The notes under the pieces were generated by a model. The model was not told the DNA's origin and ran no database searches. It saw only the letters and a list, made by a program, of their open reading frames with translations. Below, in pieces: positions 1 through 9,078 of a DNA stretch of 43,624 nt (position 1 is its first letter; every line of letters starts with the position of its first letter). The translations under genes and the position numbers were made by a program. The DNA comes from Syntrophomonadaceae bacterium (GTDB lineage: Bacteria > Bacillota > Dethiobacteria > DTU022): NCBI GenBank assembly GCA_007119615.1, contig SKPH01000006.1, forward strand, positions 1-43,624, in the 5' to 3' direction.

Positions 1-3
1 AAA

Positions 4-80
4 TGGTCGGAGCGAAAGGATTTGAACCTTCGACCTCTTGACCCCCAGTCAAGCGCGCTACCAAGCTGCGCCACGCCCCG
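4..80 (-). tRNA. tRNA-Pro (anticodon GGG), CCA end encoded
   Basis: Reverse complement reads CGGGGCGTGGCGCAGCTTGGTAGCGCGCTTGACTGGGGGTCAAGAGGTCGAAGGTTCAAATCCTTTCGCTCCGACCA. Anticodon stem CTTGA/TCAAG with loop CT-GGG-GG, T-arm GGTTCAAATCC, 3' CCA; 77 nt. Confidence 0.97.
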
Positions 81-99
81 ATGTATAAATTCTTAACCC

Positions 100-128
100 A
101 TTTTAATTCAATAACTATCAAAAGTCAA
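100..128 (-). promoter_or_regulatory. sigma-A promoter for tRNA-Pro
   Basis: Minus strand TTGACT (128-123), 17 nt, TAAAAT (105-100), about 20 nt upstream of the tRNA. Confidence 0.7.
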
Positions 129-140
129 TAAAACCGCAAT

Positions 141-168
141 GCAGGAATAATGCCGGATGGAGAGAACT
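141..168 (+). promoter_or_regulatory. sigma-H-like promoter upstream of plsY paralog
   Basis: GCAGGAAT...GAACT: AGGA (143-146), 17 nt, GAAC (164-167); resembles the Bacillus sigma-H consensus AGGA-N17/18-GAAT. Confidence 0.4.
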
Positions 169-268
169 AATATGCTTGAAAGCGCAGTTTTATCTTGCAG
201 TAAGCCATTTCCGGATTGGACCTGCACCGGTTAACCTGAAAATCTACAGAGCTGAGGTGACATCTTGG

Positions 269-850
269 ATGACAACAACGATAGTAATGATGCTTACTGC
301 CTATTTGCTTGGTTCGATTCCTACAGCCTACCTGTTTGGCCGGTTTGGAAAAAATATTGATATTCGCAATGAAGGATCGGGCAACATTGGCGGAATGAAT
401 ATATACAAAACTGCAGGGCTACTGCCCGGAATACTTACGGTATTAATTGATGTTGGTAAGGGAGCTCTGGCGGTGTTTATAGCCCTGTCGTTTTCAGGTA
501 ATCCTGCGGTCGTTTTTCTCTGCGGTTTCCTGGTAATTGCCGGCCATAATTACAGCCTGTTTATGAAGTTCCGGGGAGGCAAGGGACTTGCTACAGCCCT
601 GGGGGTATTTATTATACTCTCTCCATTCAGTATAATATTCGCAATCCTGTTCGCAGTTACCCTCACGCTGTTCCTGAAAGACGCCAATACCGCTTTCGGC
701 AGCGCCACCCTGAGTATCCCGCTTATTTTATGGTTGCAATACAGTGAATGGGAATGGGTTGTTTTCGGACTGGCCGTGGCGTTGATTATCATCATCAAGC
801 ATATTCCCGATTACCGGGCCTACGCCCGGGGTCGCCGTAAGCTGATCTAG
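269..850 (+). CDS. plsY: glycerol-3-phosphate acyltransferase PlsY family, second divergent paralog
   Basis: Motifs YLLGSIP, GSGNIGGMN, DVGKG, GHNYS..FRGGKGLAT; multiple hydrophobic helices. Start moved to ATG 269 behind GAGGTGA. Confidence 0.85.
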   Translation: MTTTIVMMLTAYLLGSIPTAYLFGRFGKNIDIRNEGSGNIGGMNIYKTAGLLPGILTVLIDVGKGALAVFIALSFSGNPAVVFLCGFLVIAGHNYSLFMKFRGGKGLATALGVFIILSPFSIIFAILFAVTLTLFLKDANTAFGSATLSIPLILWLQYSEWEWVVFGLAVALIIIIKHIPDYRAYARGRRKLI

Positions 851-1020
851 TTGGAGGCATACACTCAAAGCATAAATTCCGGAAGTTGAATCTGGGATAA
901 AAAACATATTGCTGTGAATAATTTCAACTAATAATGCCTGGTTCTTATTTCCAGGCAGCGATCGCTGGGTAAAAGGAGGAAGCGGTAACTAACGAGACGG
1001 GTTCAATGAGTATAGTTATG

Positions 1021-2220
1021 TTAACCTTGAATTTTGAAATAACTGAACAGCTGTCCGAAATTAATTCCGGCGATACTCCGGTTAATATACTGGTTGTAAA
1101 GCTGCCTGTTTCCTTCCTCCAGGTGAGATGATTTGATCCCGTGTGAACTGGATAAAAAGGTTTCTATAGCAGCTGCCAGATGATCGCAGGCCTTGATTAT
1201 TTCACCATCAAGAGGCGAAAATTGATCGCTGTTATAACTATGGTTAATATCCTCGGAACTGACCTTCCTGATCTGCCCGCCTTCAATAATTTTACTGGCA
1301 AATTCGTTATCGGTAAAATACTTCAGCTCATCATGCCAGGCCACCGGTAACAGGGGAAAAATTCTCTCTTCAAGCTGCCTGTGTTCAATATCCTTAATAA
1401 TTTCTTCAATCCCTGCTACAGAGCGCTTCACCGGCGAGACGATATCCCGGGTCAGCACTTCCGGCAGGTCATGAAACAGGGCTGCAAAATAATTGTTGTA
1501 GATCCTCTGCGGGCAGGCTCTAAGTTCCACTGAGCACAGGTAGCTCATCATCGCTACTACCAGCATATGTCCCATAACGGAAGTCTTAGGAACGCGCGGC
1601 GACTGGGCCCAGCGCTGCTGAAATCGCAGCTGCCCGACCAGGTCAAGAAAATTACTGGTTTTTTTACCCAGGGCCAACTTCTGCACTCCCGCTAAATCGT
1701 AGTGCTCTTCAATCTGGTTTGCTATTGCCGCCCTGGTCTCCTCAAGGCCGTATATACCTTCATTTAAACGGTAAATAATCGTGAATTCCCAGTTGGTAGC
1801 GAGATAGTGGGCTGCCTTTAATATTCTCCTTTCCAGGTTATCGCGAATCGGAGAAAATAAATAGTTTTCCATCATCGAAATGAAATCGACACTTAAATCG
1901 GTAACTTTGTACTGTAATTGTTCGAGTACCCAGCGGTTAAGCTGCTCTCCCTTTTCATCCATCAACCTGTAGTAGACAGGTGGTTTTAAATCAGTCAGCA
2001 CTACGCGCTGCAGGAATTCGAACAGCCCACCCTCGATCAAGCGAGGCCAGTTAATTTCTGCGCCATGATCGGCTTCCTCGATCTTGGCCAGAACATAAGC
2101 ATAAACCATCTTATGGGCCTGTTTATCGAGCTCGGTAAAATGTTCAGGACGAATATGGTCGTTCCAGCGCTGGATGCTCGCCGCCTCAAAAAACAGTTCA
2201 AATAGTTCCTTTCTAATCAC
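1021..2220 (-). CDS. HD-superfamily hydrolase (YfbR/5'-deoxynucleotidase-like, two internally homologous halves)
   Basis: The C-terminal half has RW..SVMGH, FHDLPE, TRDIVSPVK and ACDHL. The N-terminal half has the related RWND..ELDKQAHK..LTDLKPPV without the HD dyad. GTG start. Confidence 0.75.
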   Translation of the reverse strand: MIRKELFELFFEAASIQRWNDHIRPEHFTELDKQAHKMVYAYVLAKIEEADHGAEINWPRLIEGGLFEFLQRVVLTDLKPPVYYRLMDEKGEQLNRWVLEQLQYKVTDLSVDFISMMENYLFSPIRDNLERRILKAAHYLATNWEFTIIYRLNEGIYGLEETRAAIANQIEEHYDLAGVQKLALGKKTSNFLDLVGQLRFQQRWAQSPRVPKTSVMGHMLVVAMMSYLCSVELRACPQRIYNNYFAALFHDLPEVLTRDIVSPVKRSVAGIEEIIKDIEHRQLEERIFPLLPVAWHDELKYFTDNEFASKIIEGGQIRKVSSEDINHSYNSDQFSPLDGEIIKACDHLAAAIETFLSSSHGIKSSHLEEGNRQLYNQYINRSIAGINFGQLFSYFKIQG

Positions 2221-2253
2221 AGGAGCACAACCTTTCTATCCGAGGTTAGCAAC

Positions 2254-2841
2254 TTAACTCTTTTTCCCCAGTTTTGATTCTGTCCCTTTTAGCAATCGGC
2301 CGATATTTTCATGATGCCGCAATATTACCAGCAGCGCTGTGGCCGCTCCAAAGATTAAGTAGGGAAGATCATAGCCGAATAACCAGAAAAACAGGGGAAC
2401 CAAAATTGCCCCAATCATCGAGCCGAGGGAAACATAACGGGTAACCGCAATAATTAAGCCCGCGGTTGCAATCAAGCTTAGAGTAACCATTCCCGAAACT
2501 GCAGCCAGAACCCCAATGCCCGTGGCTGCAGCCTTTCCCCCTTTGAATCCAAGAAAGAGCGGGAAACTGTGCCCGACCATGGCCAGAAAACCGGCAAAAA
2601 GATAGACTGCAGGAAGATCACTAACGGTTTTAGCGATCAAAACAGCGGCAGTTCCTTTAAGCATATCAAGGAGAAACACAGGCAGCGCCGCCCGCCAGCC
2701 CATAACCCTGAGGACATTAGTCGCTCCGATATTTCCACTTCCATAATTTCTGATATCGGCTTTTTGAAAAATCCGGGACACCAGGTAACCAAAAGGCAGT
2801 GAGCCGATCAAGTAGGCTGCGATCAGAACAATATAGATCAT
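2254..2841 (-). CDS. plsY: glycerol-3-phosphate acyltransferase PlsY
   Basis: YLIGSLPFG, GSGNIGATNVLR, FKGGK, RHHENIGRL motifs; directly downstream of der. Start ATG 2841 behind GAGGAG. Confidence 0.93.
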   Translation of the reverse strand: MIYIVLIAAYLIGSLPFGYLVSRIFQKADIRNYGSGNIGATNVLRVMGWRAALPVFLLDMLKGTAAVLIAKTVSDLPAVYLFAGFLAMVGHSFPLFLGFKGGKAAATGIGVLAAVSGMVTLSLIATAGLIIAVTRYVSLGSMIGAILVPLFFWLFGYDLPYLIFGAATALLVILRHHENIGRLLKGTESKLGKKS

Positions 2842-2842
2842 C

Positions 2843-4174
2843 TTACTCTCCTCTCCGCTGCCGCCGTTTAAACTTAACGATGATCGGAGTTCCTGTAAAA
2901 TCAAACGATTCACGAATTCTGTTCTCCAGGTAACGTTTATAGGAAAAATGGATCAACTCCGGCTCGTTGGAAAAGAAAACAAAGGTCGGGGGTTTCACTG
3001 CGGGCTGAGTTACATAAAATATTTTGACCCTTTTACCCTTAACCGTCGGCGGTGGATTTACAGCCAGGGCATCTTCAAGTAGTTCATTCAACAGGGGAGT
3101 TGCAATCCGCTTGTGCTGCTCCTGCCAGGCCTGCATAATAAGTGGAAATAACTTATCGAGCCGCCAGCCGGTCAGAGCCGAAACAAAAGCTACCGGAGCA
3201 TAGGGAACAAAACTAAATTGACGTTTCAGGTTATTCAGGTAGAGTTCGCGGGATAATTCCCTGTCTTTAATCAGATCCCACTTGTTTACAACCAGGATCA
3301 GGCCCCTTCCCGCTTCGTCAACATATCCGGCCAACCGTTGATCCTGTTCTGTTATGCCGCTTTCTCCATCCAGCAGTATCAGTGCAATATCAGCTCTTTG
3401 CACGGCTCTCAGGGAACGCAGAACACTGTAATACTCCACGGCATCTTTAACCCTGCTTTTGCGCCTCATACCGGCAGTATCGATCAGAACATACGATCTG
3501 TCTCCGTGCTGAAAGGTTGTATCCACAGAATCCCGGGTTGTACCGGGCATGGGGTTAACAATTACCCGCTCCTTACCCAGCAGGGTGTTAATCAATGAAG
3601 ATTTGCCCACATTGGGCCTGCCGATGACGGCTACTTTTACAGAGTCGTCTTCTTCATCCGCATCACCTTCCGATTCGGGAGGAAGGTAACTGCATATTCT
3701 GTCAAGAAGCTCGCCTGTTCCCCTGCCGTGCGAGGCGGAAATTGCCAGAGGTTCATCAAAACCAAGGCTGTAAAAATTATATTTTGAATTTTCCATTTCA
3801 TGGTAGTCTATTTTGTTAACAACAGGTATCACCGTTTTTCTGCTCCGTCTGAGCAGACCGGCAATTTCCTCATCAAGAGGAGTTAAACCTTCCCTTCCAT
3901 CGAGCAAAAAGATAATCAACCTTGCTTCCTCAACAGCCAGGTCAACCTGGTGGCGGACCTGGGTGGTCAGCTGATCGCTCTTGCCGAAGGTTAAGCCGCC
4001 CGTATCGATAATTACCAGGCTGCGCCCGCACCATTCGGATAAGCCATAGAGGCGATCCCTGGTTACACCAGGCACCTTTTCCTCAATTGCCGTCCTGGCG
4101 GAAGTAAGGCGGTTAAATAATGTCGACTTGCCGACATTCGGCCGGCCGACGATGGCAATAATGTTATCGGTCAC
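2843..4174 (-). CDS. der: ribosome biogenesis GTPase Der (EngA)
   Basis: Two GTPase domains (GRPNVGKS twice, DTGG/DTAG, NKID/NKWD) and a C-terminal KH-like PPTFVFF. Probable GTG start 4174 behind AAAGGGG. Confidence 0.97.
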   Translation of the reverse strand: MTDNIIAIVGRPNVGKSTLFNRLTSARTAIEEKVPGVTRDRLYGLSEWCGRSLVIIDTGGLTFGKSDQLTTQVRHQVDLAVEEARLIIFLLDGREGLTPLDEEIAGLLRRSRKTVIPVVNKIDYHEMENSKYNFYSLGFDEPLAISASHGRGTGELLDRICSYLPPESEGDADEEDDSVKVAVIGRPNVGKSSLINTLLGKERVIVNPMPGTTRDSVDTTFQHGDRSYVLIDTAGMRRKSRVKDAVEYYSVLRSLRAVQRADIALILLDGESGITEQDQRLAGYVDEAGRGLILVVNKWDLIKDRELSRELYLNNLKRQFSFVPYAPVAFVSALTGWRLDKLFPLIMQAWQEQHKRIATPLLNELLEDALAVNPPPTVKGKRVKIFYVTQPAVKPPTFVFFSNEPELIHFSYKRYLENRIRESFDFTGTPIIVKFKRRQRRGE

Positions 4175-4202
4175 AGATCCGGACCCCTTTGTGATCAAAT
4201 TT

Positions 4203-5525
4203 TTATTTGCCGGCGATCCCGCGGATTTTTGAATGTAAATCCAGGGGGCCGTTTACTGCGTAAACAGAAGCATTCAGAGCGCTTTCCACCTCATTTACAG
4301 TCAAATCATCAAGGAAAAAATTGCTTTCATCTTTAAGCAGTGTCTCAGATATAAATACCGCATCACCCAGATCTTTTCCTTTAAGAGCAGCGATCAGGTC
4401 GCTCCCGGTCAACAGGCCCGACACGGTTACCGGATCACCGAAAAATTCATTATTAACAATCTCCACCCTGATTGACAGTTGATCAATTGAACTAAAACCA
4501 GCCGCCAGGAGCTCCATTAGGGAGGAAGCAGCATGACCTGCGGCAATAGTTACTGAAAATGGCTTAGCAAGGGGTAAGGCTTCCTGTTGTTCAACTAAAG
4601 CCAGTTCGTTCAAAAAATTCCTGGCCAACCCGACACCGTTTTCCAGCTGGGGATACCCTTCGTATTCACTGTCAGCAGGATATTCGGCACCGGCAAGATT
4701 ATAGAATTCATCAGCCAGAAATACAAAGCGGCTTCCTCTTTCTTTCAGAAACAAACGCTGCATTACGCTAATTTTTTCAACCAGCTCCGCCGCTTCACGG
4801 GGCTCAAATTTTCTGAGCGGTTCCAACCCGCAGCGGTGACCGGTCAGGCCGATCGGCACCAGGGCAATGCTGGTGAGGTTAGACCCCATCGTGCTGAGAT
4901 CACTTATGGTCCTCTCCATTTCAGACCCTGTGTTAAACCCGGGGCAGAGGACTACCTGGGCATGAATCCGGATACCGCTATCTACCAGCCTGGCCAGGTT
5001 AATTAAGCCCTTTTCAGCCTTTTTTGTACCAAACATAACCCGGCGCAGATCAGGATTTGTGGTATGAACCGATACGTATAGCGGGCTTAGCTGAAGCCGG
5101 ATTATGCGCTCAAGCTCCGGTTCCGTCAGGCGGTTTAAGGTAATAAAATTTCCGTAAAGAAAAGATAACCTGTAGTCATCATCTTTGATGTATAAAGCAG
5201 GACGCATTCCCGTAGGATTTTGTTCAACAAAACAAAAAATACACCGATTAACACAGTAATGCATAATTGAAATTGTCGGAGGTGTAAAATACAGGCCCAG
5301 GGGTGTTCCTGGAGGTTTGATGATTCTGATCCTCCGGAAAATTCCCGCTTCATCCTGAACAAGTAGGCGCAGGCGGTCATCAGATTCCATAATTTTATAA
5401 TCAATAATATCGCCAATTTGCTGATTGTCGATCCGGTGCAGTTTCCAGCCGGGCCTGATATCTGCAGCATAAGCCGGTGAACCAGGTGAAACTTTTTCTA
5501 TGTCATGACCTGAAGATTTCTCCAT
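4203..5525 (-). CDS. PDZ + radical-SAM-like Fe-S protein (DUF512 family)
   Basis: N-terminal PDZ-like segment (PGSPA..A.IRPG), CVNRCIFC (CxxxCxxC), KDDDYRLSFLYGNFITL, YPQLENGVG; usual neighbour of der. Confidence 0.85.
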   Translation of the reverse strand: MEKSSGHDIEKVSPGSPAYAADIRPGWKLHRIDNQQIGDIIDYKIMESDDRLRLLVQDEAGIFRRIRIIKPPGTPLGLYFTPPTISIMHYCVNRCIFCFVEQNPTGMRPALYIKDDDYRLSFLYGNFITLNRLTEPELERIIRLQLSPLYVSVHTTNPDLRRVMFGTKKAEKGLINLARLVDSGIRIHAQVVLCPGFNTGSEMERTISDLSTMGSNLTSIALVPIGLTGHRCGLEPLRKFEPREAAELVEKISVMQRLFLKERGSRFVFLADEFYNLAGAEYPADSEYEGYPQLENGVGLARNFLNELALVEQQEALPLAKPFSVTIAAGHAASSLMELLAAGFSSIDQLSIRVEIVNNEFFGDPVTVSGLLTGSDLIAALKGKDLGDAVFISETLLKDESNFFLDDLTVNEVESALNASVYAVNGPLDLHSKIRGIAGK

Positions 5526-5553
5526 AACTTTATCCCGCTTGCTTAAATATTTT

Positions 5554-6612
5554 TTATAACATTGACCGTTCGGCATAGATGGAAGGATCAATACCTCTAC
5601 GCTGCATCCATTCTGCTGTAAAACCGGTAATTACGAGAGGAGTTTGCTGTAATTCAGCGATTGATGATGCACCGGCCATCATCATGACCAGGCGCAAATC
5701 TCTTTCAATGGTTCTGATTTTATTGATCAGGGCTTTTTTCCCTTTTTTAAGCAGCATATAGAGCGGATACCCGGCCATACCGGCCGCACAGGCTCCGAGG
5801 GACAGCGCTTTGGCAATGTCGAGCGCTTCATAAGTTCCCCCTGATGCAAAGATATCGACCCTGCCTTCAGCAGCATCAACCACTTCTATAAGGCTGATTA
5901 CTGTCGGTATACCCCATTTTTCCAGGCCGCCGGAGATTCTTTTCCCGGACCGCATGCTTTCAATAGCCGGGAAATTTGTTCCTCCCCTGCCACCGACATC
6001 AATTGCCTCCACACCAGATTTTATCAGCACGCGGGCCTGTTCACGGGCGATACCGAATCCAACCTCTTTGGCAATCACCGGGACATTGATTCCCGCAGTA
6101 ATCTGCCTGATTCTCTCGATCATCCCGCGAAACCTGGAATCACCTTCGGTCATAAAAAGTTCCTGTGGGACATTGAGGTGAACCTGAACCCCGTCTGCCC
6201 TGATCATCCGAACGGCCTTTTGAACCATTCCGGGACTAGCATAAGAACCGATATTGGCCCAGATAGTTCCATCAGGATTAACCCGCCGGACCACCTTAAA
6301 ACTCGCCTCAGCTTTACTTCTTTCCAGGGCAACCATCTGGGATCCGACAGCCATCGGTAATCCAGTCAGTCTCGCCACATCAGCAAGGGAAGCGTTTATT
6401 CTTAAGGCCAACCCGGTTCCTCCGGTAAGAGCATTAATAAAAAGGGGCGAACGCTCCGTTCGCCCCAGGTAGCTCGTTTTCAGGCTGATATCACTTAAAT
6501 CCCGATCGGGCAGGCAGTTATGTACAAAGTTCAGATCAGAAAAGTCTGCCCGTTTCGGTTTTCTACAGATACTTAGATAAATATGCTCGTTTTTGCGAAC
6601 TAACCTGGGCAT
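5554..6612 (-). CDS. fni: type 2 isopentenyl-diphosphate delta-isomerase
   Basis: RKNEHI, PLFINALTGG, MAVGSQ, HLNVPQE..EGD, KEVGFG, GRGGTNF..IE, WGIPT motifs. Confidence 0.93.
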   Translation of the reverse strand: MPRLVRKNEHIYLSICRKPKRADFSDLNFVHNCLPDRDLSDISLKTSYLGRTERSPLFINALTGGTGLALRINASLADVARLTGLPMAVGSQMVALERSKAEASFKVVRRVNPDGTIWANIGSYASPGMVQKAVRMIRADGVQVHLNVPQELFMTEGDSRFRGMIERIRQITAGINVPVIAKEVGFGIAREQARVLIKSGVEAIDVGGRGGTNFPAIESMRSGKRISGGLEKWGIPTVISLIEVVDAAEGRVDIFASGGTYEALDIAKALSLGACAAGMAGYPLYMLLKKGKKALINKIRTIERDLRLVMMMAGASSIAELQQTPLVITGFTAEWMQRRGIDPSIYAERSML

Positions 6613-9012
6613 TTAACCCTCGCCACCGTCTTGTTCGGAATCTTCATCCGTTCCGGTTTCAGTGGTTTCTTCTTTAGAATAATCACTCTTATCGAATAGA
6701 TCGCCGAAGACGTCGCCCAGAGTGACGTTACCGTTTTCGGTTCCACTGCCTTCTGTACTGCCGGGAACAACTGTGACCCCACCGGCATCTTTAACACTTA
6801 AACTAATCCTTTTAGCCTTCGGCTTAACTTCAAGGACTTTTACTTCAACCTCTTCTCCCTCACTAAGAATTTCAGAAGGATGTTTGACATGGTAGTCGGC
6901 TAGTTGAGAAATATGAGCCAATCCCTCCACACCCGGTTTAATCTCAATAAAAGCGCCGAAGTTGGTAAGGCGTGTTACTCTTCCGTTGATTACCTGGTCA
7001 CTTTTGAGATCTTCAATAGCTTTTGTCCAGGGATCGGGCTGGGTTTTTCTTATGCTTAGGCTAATTCTTTCTTTTTCGGGAATAACCTCGAGCACCTTAA
7101 CCTCAACATCGTCTCCAACCTGGAGTATTTCCCTGGGATGTCCGATTCTTTCCCACGATAATTCAGAAATATGAACCAGTCCATCTATTCCTCCCACGTC
7201 GACAAAAGCGCCGAAGTCAGTAAGCCGCTTAACTGTGCCGGTTATAGTTGAACCAACCTCCAGCGAATTAAGAATTTCCTCTCTTTTCATGGATGTTTCT
7301 TCTTCCATGATTTTTCTGCGGGTTAAGATCAGCTTTCCCTTTTCGCGATCATATTCCAGTATTTTGAACTTGATCTTCTGTCCTTTGAACTCATTGAAAT
7401 CGGGAATGTACCTGGTATCAACAAGAGATCCGGGCATAAAACCCTCGATTCCCGCCCCCAGGTCGACTAATATTCCGGCGGAGACAACCTGTTTTGCTTC
7501 ACCTTCAAGAATTTCCTGGCTCTCCAGGGCATCTTCAAGCTCTTTAAGCCGCTTGTCTCTGGCTAATCGTTTGTGAGAAACAATTACTTTATCTTCCTGC
7601 TCGTCTGTCTCCAATACTGTTACCTCGACATCATCCTCGGGGGCAAACAGATCCGCTAAGACCTGTCCCCTGTCAAGATGAACTTCGCCGGCAGGAAGGA
7701 TAGCCTCAGTTTTTGCACCTATATCAACATAGACTTCCTCATCGGTGACCCGGGCAACTTTGCCGGAAACCTGTTCACCAACCTGAGGCTCTTTAATTCC
7801 CAGGTTATAATCAAGCTGCTCTTCTGGCGGTGCTTCAGTTTCTGCTGTTTCATCTGCTTCACTCTGAGTTTCAGTTTGTTCTTCTTCTTTTTCTTCATCA
7901 GGTGCTGTTTGATCTGTTTCTTCTGCTTCACCCTGTGCTGCAGTTTGTTCTTCTATCTCTTCTTCATCAGGTGCTGCGGTTTGTTCTTCTTCCTGAACCT
8001 CTTTTTGCGCTTCAGGTTGTACTTCTTCTTCTTCTGCTACTACCTCTTTTTGTTCTTCCACCCTCTCTTCATCCTGTAGTTGAGCTTGTTCTTCTTCCTG
8101 GGCTTCATCTTCAGTTTCGATCTTTTTCTGATCCATTATTTCTTTCTGCTCTTCGTCCAACTCTACACTCTGCACTTCCTGATTCTCTTTCTCCATACTC
8201 TCCACTACCTCCTTTATCGTCCAGGGGGGGGTTGAAGCACCGGCGGTAACACCAATCACACGGTATTGCCTCAAAAACGACCGATCCAACTCCCCGGCAT
8301 TCGTTACACGGCAGGATGGCTTCAACTGCCGGCAACAATCAAAAAGGGCTTGCGTATTAGCGCTTGTTTCACTGCCTACCACCACCAGCGCTTCAACCCT
8401 TTGTGCCAGTTTTTCTGCTTCTTTCTGTCTGATCCTGATTTCCGGACAGAGCGTATCGAAATACTGTCCTTCAGGGTCTTTTTCCATGTATAATTTTTTA
8501 ACCTGTTCATATTGACCGGGATTACTGGTAGTCTGGGCTATAAGCGCAGAAGGCAATTCAATTGCAAGTAATTCCAGTTCTTCCGGTGATGATATCACTT
8601 TCGCATCTCCGCCGGCCCATCCGATCAACCCTTTTACTTCGGGATGGTCCTGATTACCGAAAATGATTACATTAATTCCTTTTTCGCTTAACGCGGCGGC
8701 AATTTCCTGCACCCGACTAACACGGGGACAGGTCAGGTCCAGGACTCTCAAATGATCAAGCAGGTTGAGTTCTTTCAGCTTCTCCGGAGTCACGCCGTGA
8801 GTGCGGACAGCTATAAATGATCCTTCGGCTTCCCCGGGGTTATTTACTACAGTGACCGAACATTCTTTTAAATAGTCGACAACCTGATCATTGTGGACAA
8901 TCGGCCCGAGGGTGGAACCTCCGCAAGTTTTCCCCGCCTCTTGAAGCAAACTGTTAACTGCCCGGGTGACGCCCGAACAGAAACCTGCCTTACTTGCTAC
9001 TATAACCGGCAA
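6613..9012 (-). CDS. ispH: bifunctional IspH (LytB) / 30S ribosomal protein S1 fusion with a long acidic linker
   Basis: IspH motifs AGFCSGV, IVHN, THG, TCPRV, HPEV, QTT, TLC..RQ, TAGASTP; about 130 aa of Glu/Gln-rich linker; four S1 domains (e.g. FGAFVDVGGIDGLVHISEL). Likely TTG start 9012 behind GGAGTGA. Confidence 0.92.
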   Translation of the reverse strand: MPVIVASKAGFCSGVTRAVNSLLQEAGKTCGGSTLGPIVHNDQVVDYLKECSVTVVNNPGEAEGSFIAVRTHGVTPEKLKELNLLDHLRVLDLTCPRVSRVQEIAAALSEKGINVIIFGNQDHPEVKGLIGWAGGDAKVISSPEELELLAIELPSALIAQTTSNPGQYEQVKKLYMEKDPEGQYFDTLCPEIRIRQKEAEKLAQRVEALVVVGSETSANTQALFDCCRQLKPSCRVTNAGELDRSFLRQYRVIGVTAGASTPPWTIKEVVESMEKENQEVQSVELDEEQKEIMDQKKIETEDEAQEEEQAQLQDEERVEEQKEVVAEEEEVQPEAQKEVQEEEQTAAPDEEEIEEQTAAQGEAEETDQTAPDEEKEEEQTETQSEADETAETEAPPEEQLDYNLGIKEPQVGEQVSGKVARVTDEEVYVDIGAKTEAILPAGEVHLDRGQVLADLFAPEDDVEVTVLETDEQEDKVIVSHKRLARDKRLKELEDALESQEILEGEAKQVVSAGILVDLGAGIEGFMPGSLVDTRYIPDFNEFKGQKIKFKILEYDREKGKLILTRRKIMEEETSMKREEILNSLEVGSTITGTVKRLTDFGAFVDVGGIDGLVHISELSWERIGHPREILQVGDDVEVKVLEVIPEKERISLSIRKTQPDPWTKAIEDLKSDQVINGRVTRLTNFGAFIEIKPGVEGLAHISQLADYHVKHPSEILSEGEEVEVKVLEVKPKAKRISLSVKDAGGVTVVPGSTEGSGTENGNVTLGDVFGDLFDKSDYSKEETTETGTDEDSEQDGGEG
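7837..7974 (-). repeat. imperfect 69-bp (23-aa) tandem duplication in the acidic linker
   Basis: APDEEEIEEQTAAQGEAEETDQT / APDEEKEEEQTETQSEADETAET; TCTTCATCAGGTGCTG occurs at 7892 and 7961, 69 bp apart. Confidence 0.75.
8194..8215 (-). promoter_or_regulatory. internal Shine-Dalgarno and in-frame ATG for a stand-alone S1 protein
   Basis: Minus strand AAAGGAGGTAGTGGAGAGT-ATG (ATG 8196-8194), right after the IspH C-terminal motif and in frame with S1. Confidence 0.6.
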
Positions 9013-9078
9013 ACGATCACTCCAACACAATAATTTATCATAACACAGTTAAGCAAAGCTTGCACATTCTGCTTAAAA

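Noticed and set aside
4-850. tRNA-Pro as the integration site of an island containing the plsY paralog
   Set aside because: The tRNA 3' end points out of the window, and no duplicated tRNA 3' fragment or integrase is visible here.
912-929. Rex-like operator TGTGAATAATTTCAAC
   Set aside because: It is an imperfect palindrome between two convergent gene ends, not in a promoter.
7678-8249. Plus-strand Phe/Leu-rich ORFs (7678-8079, 7830-8249) and the Lys-rich 7719-7931 ORF
   Set aside because: These are antisense or alternative-frame shadows of the GAA-rich acidic linker of ispH-rpsA.
8220-9012. IspH domain as a pseudo-enzyme
   Set aside because: The three Fe-S cysteines, the His residues (HN, HG, HPE), the catalytic Glu and QTT are retained; deviations (CPEI, SAN) are minor.
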